From: Atractiella rhizophila | Taxonomy: Eukaryota | Assembly: GCA_021432655.1 (NCBI GenBank) | Contig: MU271477.1 | Coordinates: forward strand, 1-57,028 | Length of the DNA: 57,028 nucleotides | Direction: 5' to 3' | Part shown: piece after piece, positions 50,914 through 57,028 of the stretch | Position numbering within the stretch: position 1 is the first letter of the stretch | How the letters are laid out: every line of letters begins with the position of its first letter | Notes under the pieces: model-generated | Database searches by the model: none | What the model was told of the DNA's origin: nothing | The model's input: only the letters and a program-made list of their open reading frames with translations | Program-made: the position numbers and the translations under genes

Positions 50914-51412
50914 ATGGCACCTGCTTTGAAGGAAAAAGAGATGACATTGGAAGCGCGTCTGGCTATCGAGGAGCAGAAACTGTTCGAGTTGACGCGACCT
51001 GCAAGCATGGACGGTATTGCATTTCTGATGGCGAAGGACCGAGACAGAGACGTATTTGACACGCCTCATCGATCCAAACCGAATTCGAAGAGCACACAGA
51101 AAACTGGCAAGGGAAACAAGGAGAATGAGAAGGTGAAGAAGGGGATGGAGATTTTGAATAGGATCAAGAAGTCGGTGGGAAATCCGCTGACAGTTAGAGG
51201 TACGATACCTCCCACAAACTACTTCCACTGACAGTATTGACCTGGGTTCAGACAACGACGACGCAGATTGTTCACCGCCACCATCCACTCCTCCATCCCC
51301 AAAATCGACATATTGTGCCCCAGATGTTCATGCAACTCCGCGACCGCCCAAAAGGACAAGGGAGTTAGGAGAAAGGAAGAACGAAGCAGAAGATTTTGAC
51401 TTCAAGTTCTGA
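50914..51412 (+). CDS. Small orphan spliced protein, copy 3
   Basis: Matches copy 1 at offset 3300. Confidence 0.55.
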
Positions 51413-51907
51413 TTGTCCGTAACAGAAATAATCCAATCAGTGTGGTGAGAGTCGCATGAGGAATATTGTATTGTGAAGAATTCTCTGCAACTGTTTATGC
51501 CCTCGTTGCAGTAATACTAGGAATACTCCACGAGAAAGTGATCACGTGCTTAAGCTTCGAACACAACCAACCACTGAGCAACAATCCGAACGACTCTTTC
51601 CTTAGACTCTTTGTAACTTTGAGAGCCTTAAGTGTTGGTACTGCTGCCGTGTCTAATCTTTGTGAGTTACTCTCGACTAGTAAATATTGAAAGAGAATAG
51701 ATTTGACAGTGGTGAGTGTTCAACCATTTGGGTGCCGTAACGGAAGGAGGGCTGTACGACTGGGTCAAACAGTTCCACTCTTTCTTTCATATTTCTTGCT
51801 CTATTAATGACTTGGAGTTGGAGCGCTGAAGCGCTGAAGTCTCTTCCGCAATTGTGACGTCGGAACTTGTACTGACTTACCATCCCAGTCACTCCACAAA
51901 ACTCAGG

Positions 51908-53264
51908 ATGGCCCCCCGCTCTCTCGCCTCCTACCTCCCTGCTCCCGTTCTCGCGGCTGATCCGAAACAACCACCTCCGCCTCCCAAACCAAAACTTCCC
52001 ACTCCAAAAGCCGTCGCCACAGCTTCTACCTCCAAGGCAAGCAAAGCGCCTGGAGCTAAGTCACAATCGAAGTCGAAGGGCAAAGCGGACGTGGTCTCAA
52101 ATCTCATTCGCGCCTCTTACGGTTCTGCTGCCAAATACGTGCCAGATGACGGATTGGACCAGTTTGTGACTGATATGCTGCTGAGGGAGGCCAAGGTGGC
52201 GGAGGAGAAGAGGAGGAATGCGGTTGATGGGTATAAGATGTATGGCATTGGGAATACAGAGTGCGTTGTCCTTGGCCTCTTTCCTTGAACTGGGGGTGAT
52301 GCTGAGACCTTGTTGCTTGGTCGACAGGAGCTCTGGAGAGGCGCCAAGACTTCAGAAACGCTTCCTCAGTGCTGTCATTAAGGGTGTTCAGGAGCATAAT
52401 GAGGATTTAAAGGCCAAGGAAGAGGAGAAAGAGAGACAGAAAAAGAAAGCGCTGAGAGAGAAAGAAAGGGAGCTCAGAGAGAGGGAATGGGATCGCGGAA
52501 AGCGGAGGGAGGAGGAGAGGTACAGTAGAGATGGAAGGGAAAGGGAAAGACGGCGCGACGGATCTAGAGACCGGTCCGACTCACACAAACGGAGACGTGA
52601 AGAGGAGGAAGACTCACGTTCTAGTAAGAGGAAGCGGCACGGCTCTGTGGACGAGAGGGACGTTTCAAGAAGTCGAGATGAGGAGAAAGGAATGGCCAAG
52701 GAGAGGGATTTGCGGAAAAGTAGAAGGGACGACTCCGACGAGGAGGGGCATCGTTTCTCTCGCCGTCGAAGGTCGGACGACGAAGACAATAGCTCTCGCA
52801 CAAAGTCGCGACGTCATGCAGACGAGAAGGAAGAAGACAAATTGTCCAAACGGCGGAAACACCATGATTCGGGAGGAGAGGATAGCGGCAGTCCGACATC
52901 TATCGATCGTGCGCGTAGGAAGAGGGAGAAGAAGGAGAAGCGCCTGAGATCCGGCGAAGGTTACAATACTCCCGATCTTCCGTCCAAGATGGACAAGTAC
53001 TTTTCGTCTTCTTACGACCCACGACTGGATATCAATCTTGACGATCTCACCGACCCAACCACTGGTTTTGTGGCGGAAGGGGCTTATGCAACCTGGGATA
53101 ATATGTTGGAATTGTTGAAAATCAGGAAGGAGGAGAAGGCGGAAAAGAAGTGGAAGGATAAAATGGGCGTCGCTTCTTCCAGTGGAGGGGATATGATGAG
53201 AGCTAAGTATCCGAAGAAGGGAGAGACGAGAGAGTGGGATGTGGGGAAGGACATGAGTTTTTGA
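51908..53264 (+). CDS. R/E/D/K-rich probable nuclear protein (uncharacterised)
   Basis: Exons 51908-52260 and 52328-53264; blocks LLREAK, KRFLSAVIKGVQEHN, SKMDKYF...YDPRLD, REWDVGK flank a charged low-complexity core. Confidence 0.75.
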
Positions 53265-53432
53265 TGGATAATTTGATTCATACATTATATTGTTAGAATA
53301 TCAGCTTGGGACGTAGAGTGATCATTTATATGCTCTCTTTTCTTACCTTCACATCACCCAAGCAGAGTACCCCAGTCTACCGTTTTAAGCCGTATAATCG
53401 ACCCTTCCTTCTCAGCACACCACTTCAAATGG

Positions 53433-56400
53433 TCAAGCCTTTGATACAAGCCACTGCCCTGGCTCTCCCACTCCCTCGTTCTCTCTTCCCACAAGCCTAC
53501 AATCACGTCCCTGTTCCCTCTCCATGAACAAACGCAAATTCAACAAGAAAGCGACGTACGTCTGCTCCCCCACCGACTCCAGCGCGTTGACCACACCTGC
53601 ACACAATCTAGTCCTCGACTGCTTAGCTTGCGTTTCTGCCATCTCCATCTTGGAAGCTAGCCGGCCCATAATGAATTCATTCGCAACGGAGAGAGCAGCG
53701 GCTAATTGTCCCAAGTGTCCAGTCGTTTCTTGTGACGGAAAGCGGCGTGTGGCAGCAACAGAAGTAAGAGCACCGCTCGAAAATGTAGGGCGAGGGTGGA
53801 AAGTAATCTCAGGCTCTTGGTCATCACACTGTTATGCGAGTTATTGGAGATGTCCGCGCAACACTTGAAAAAATGAAAGCAGAAGAGACCTCTTTTTTGT
53901 TCCATCCCTCCTCTTCTATAGAGATTTCTGCCCACACTCTGGCAGATTCCAAACATTCTGCAAGTGGTAGAGGATTCACAGATGACCGCGACTAATTGGT
54001 TAACAAAATATGATAATCAGCATCCCCATAAACAGAGCTGATTCAGACGTACCACAGTCTCACGATGTTGTCTCACCGTACGCCTAATCCCCGTACTCCT
54101 TACCTGACGTGAGATTACTCTACCCTAAAATCGAAACCTGAGCGGATACAGCACATAAGACATGGCTACGCACCAATTGCCTTCGAGCTTCATTAGCACT
54201 AACACTTTCTTCTCTCCTCGGTTGGCAAATTTTCTCACTAAGTTTCACTTGGTTCATCTTGGCAAGAGTAGGCACGTCCATATTATCTCCTTGACCTTCA
54301 ATCGTTCCATCCTCTTTGTCCACATCCATCGCGTACTGATAGACATTCTGAGCTCGAACTTGCCCGTTCGCGTCCACTTGCCCATACGCCGGTGTCTTTG
54401 AGGAGATAGGTGTTGTCGCAGCGACAGTCCTAATAAGATCATTCAAGGGAAGTTGTTGTATTTGGTGATCCCCAGGAGGAGTTACTAAAGGACCCCGGGA
54501 ACTCTGTCTTGATGCGTGTTCATCAAGCTGTTTCTTCGAGCTGGCGTTCGTCCAGCTTTACAACGCGAAATTCGTCCTGGCCACTCGAATTTTGAAACAC
54601 AGAAGCGTGGACTTCTCTGTCTTCTATTTGAGCAAGACGATGAGACCCTTCGCGGGGTGGACAAAGTTCTGTTGGCGGATGCAGACTCGACCGCGGAAAC
54701 GCTGACTTTTGTAGTGGCTCTTGTGTCTGAGATCGGATAACATTATTCTTGCGGAACGTTTTCTTGGGAAGCAGCAAAGAAGATGGGGACGAAGGCGACG
54801 AGGGCGAAGGCGAAGGAGATGATAGTTCATGCCTAATAATATGCTTCTTTCCGTGGTATTGTTCTGTGATACTCTTGACACTGCTGAGCGTTGACTGGCC
54901 ATCGAGAGAAAGCGCTAGTTAACGAATGAGAGAATGCACAGCAATAACCATTTTGTGGCTAGGAGTGTTCACTGCACCTTCTAGCACAATAAAATCCTGC
55001 ATTGTAGCACTGTAGGTTTGCTGTCTTGAAGGAGACGGGTTTCTCGCCTTCTTCAACGGTGGCATGGACGAGGAGGTAGCTCTGCCTGTATCCGTGGCCT
55101 CGTTATCGACTTGAGAAAAGGGTCGTTTTGCACGTATTTTTGGGAGAATCTTGGCAGGAAATGACACTTCCTCAGCCATCGCAGAAGAAACGACAAAATC
55201 TAACTCTTGTTCTTCTGCCCTTTTTTGCCTCCTCTTGGACTTTTGCAACTGAGTAGCTTGTGTAGCGGGAACGGGAGAAAAATCTTCGAAATTGCCAAGC
55301 TGACTATCCGGGATAATTGTACCTAGATACTCAACGCTGGTTGATTGCCCTTCCTCAACATGTAAGCTACTTGTGCTCCATCGTTCGTTCTAAAAGTGAA
55401 TCAGCGAGGGGTGTAGGCACTGATGAAAACAGAGCTTTTACCAGATCTGTTCCGTCCGGTACAGTTGCGATTGAAGGGGCAGAGGTGGTGGATTGTAGCC
55501 TGGCGAGTGCAGATCGCTGGGTACTCCCAACTTGCTTTGTTTGGTATTTCTGGTCATAATTTTTAGCCCCGGCTTTGTGACCGTGGAGTGAGAGCCAACC
55601 TGTCCTCTCGCCTGAAGAACGAGCAAAAGGTTCTCCGTCTCTACACCAACCAAAACAGCATGAATCGAGTAGCTTGTCTGCTCCTTCCCGTTCAATATGT
55701 CTGACCTCATCTTCCCCTCTGGATATACAATTTCTCTGTCGTCTAGCGTGGGCAAAGCGCAGATATTGAATGTTAGACCGATATTATCTTTCCCTGTTTA
55801 AATGTAAGATTTTGCTGTGGAGATGGAGAAGAGCTGCCAGACCATGAGCAATGTCAACAGATTTGATATTGGCGAACTCCCACTCAAGCAATCCATCTAT
55901 ACCATTATCTTCTTCCGTCGTAACTTGTACAGAGAATGAATGAGAGTTGAAAGACAGTTGAAGTCCAACGATATCGTGGAAGGACATTGAAGGCAGAAGT
56001 GTTAATCTTTCTAGAGGAAATCGTTGAAATCTGCATATCAACCATAAAGACCTGTTCAGAGCACAAGAAAGAAAACAACCTGGAAATATCAAGGTGGGAG
56101 ATTTCGTCCAAAAATAAGTCTTCGACCTATTTACTCGAAAGCGAGGGTCGGCTGACTTTGGTTACTGTCGCACATCGTAAAAGTCCCTTGAGTGAGTGTT
56201 GTTGAAATGACGCTTGAGAGTCTCCGCTGGACCTTTTCCGAACTCTGCAAAGAGAGGTGTACAGAATGTCTCAGTCCTTGCAGTAGGGAGGACATCTTTG
56301 AGGCGAAAAGCTAGCTCCCGAGCCAACTGCGTGGTGGTCAAATCTCCAATCTTGAGTTAGCGTGAAGTTCAGCGATTTTTGAAAGAATACACCTTGACCG

Positions 56401-57028
56401 GCAAAGATGATCGAGCCTAATCGTTTCCTATTCCAGATGTGAGTCGGCATCAGACCAGATAGAAAGGTACTTACGCTCCCAACAGCTGGTTGTTTGTAAG
56501 TTTCCTCTTGTTCTCTGCGTGACCGGAAACTGAATGCCAAATGATGGAAAGGGCCTGGGATCCGCAATTCAGCACAAAAGAGTTGCAGTAGAACAACAAA
56601 TGGGACCTTTCGTTTTATCCAAGGAAGCATGTCCATGCCTCGCTGCACTGGCTCCACCATATCAGAGAGAACTGGGTACAGATATTTTGCAACCTTGTCA
56701 TAATCTGTACAGCATGTTATTTGGCGCAACAACAGAAGGAGGCTGTAACCAACATGTTTTCGCCTCTTTCCCCGCATGCATTGTTATTTCCTTTGCGCAA
56801 ACCACTCTCAACATATCATCTTCAAAGCGAAAGTAGCGCACCAAGACATCATTCAATCCCTTCCAGACATCTGCACACTCACTTTCTCCAAGATTGGCCT
56901 CCATAAATTCCAGACACGCGTCATCCGTACCTCTCAACACGATGTTGAGCAGAGAGGAAAGAATGGAAAAGGAGATGTCGGGACAAGATTGATACAGCGG
57001 CTTAAGCAGGGAAATCGCAGACGCTGCC
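53433..57028 (-). CDS. Large multi-exon hypothetical protein (starts beyond the right edge; could be more than one gene)
   Basis: Successive protein-like minus ORFs with GT-AG introns: helical N-terminal part, beta-rich segment (55784-56092), disordered middle, coiled-coil-like end. Confidence 0.5.

Larger units (their letters stand above)
47166..52245 (+). repeat. Three-unit direct repeat array (47166-48946, 48947-50680, 50681-52245)
   Basis: Unit 3 is almost identical to 47381-48945 (offset 3300); unit 2 starts identically to unit 1 (offset 1781) and then diverges; each unit ends in the 5' part of the gene at 51908. Confidence 0.95.

Overview
Intron-rich fungal genomic DNA that looks basidiomycete (most introns ~45-70 nt, GTRAGT/GTACGT donors, CTRAC branch sites). 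Recognisable genes: mitochondrial EF-G, NOG2 and NOC1/MAK21 (head-to-head), a Gti1/Pac2 (WOPR) regulator, a TPR protein, 14-3-3, two inverted MFS transporter paralogues (one with an internal 2,076-bp tandem duplication), a GVP36-like BAR protein, EAF1, MEX67 and a SET-domain methyltransferase, plus several orphan genes and a 5-kb three-unit repeat array. The most notable region is the NOG2/NOC1 ribosome-biogenesis pair, whose three oversized introns appear to hold structured RNAs. One is a clear snR191/U19-type H/ACA snoRNA. The second is a ~350-nt orphan structured RNA. The third is a ~1.16-kb densely base-paired RNA bracketed by box C- and D-like motifs in the 1,339-nt NOC1 intron. That RNA has a core resembling telomerase RNA (enclosing helix, hairpin, 12-nt template-like CCAUCUAACCAU, pseudoknot topology), which is an untested hypothesis. 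All gene models and helices were derived by eye; no database search or folding program was run.
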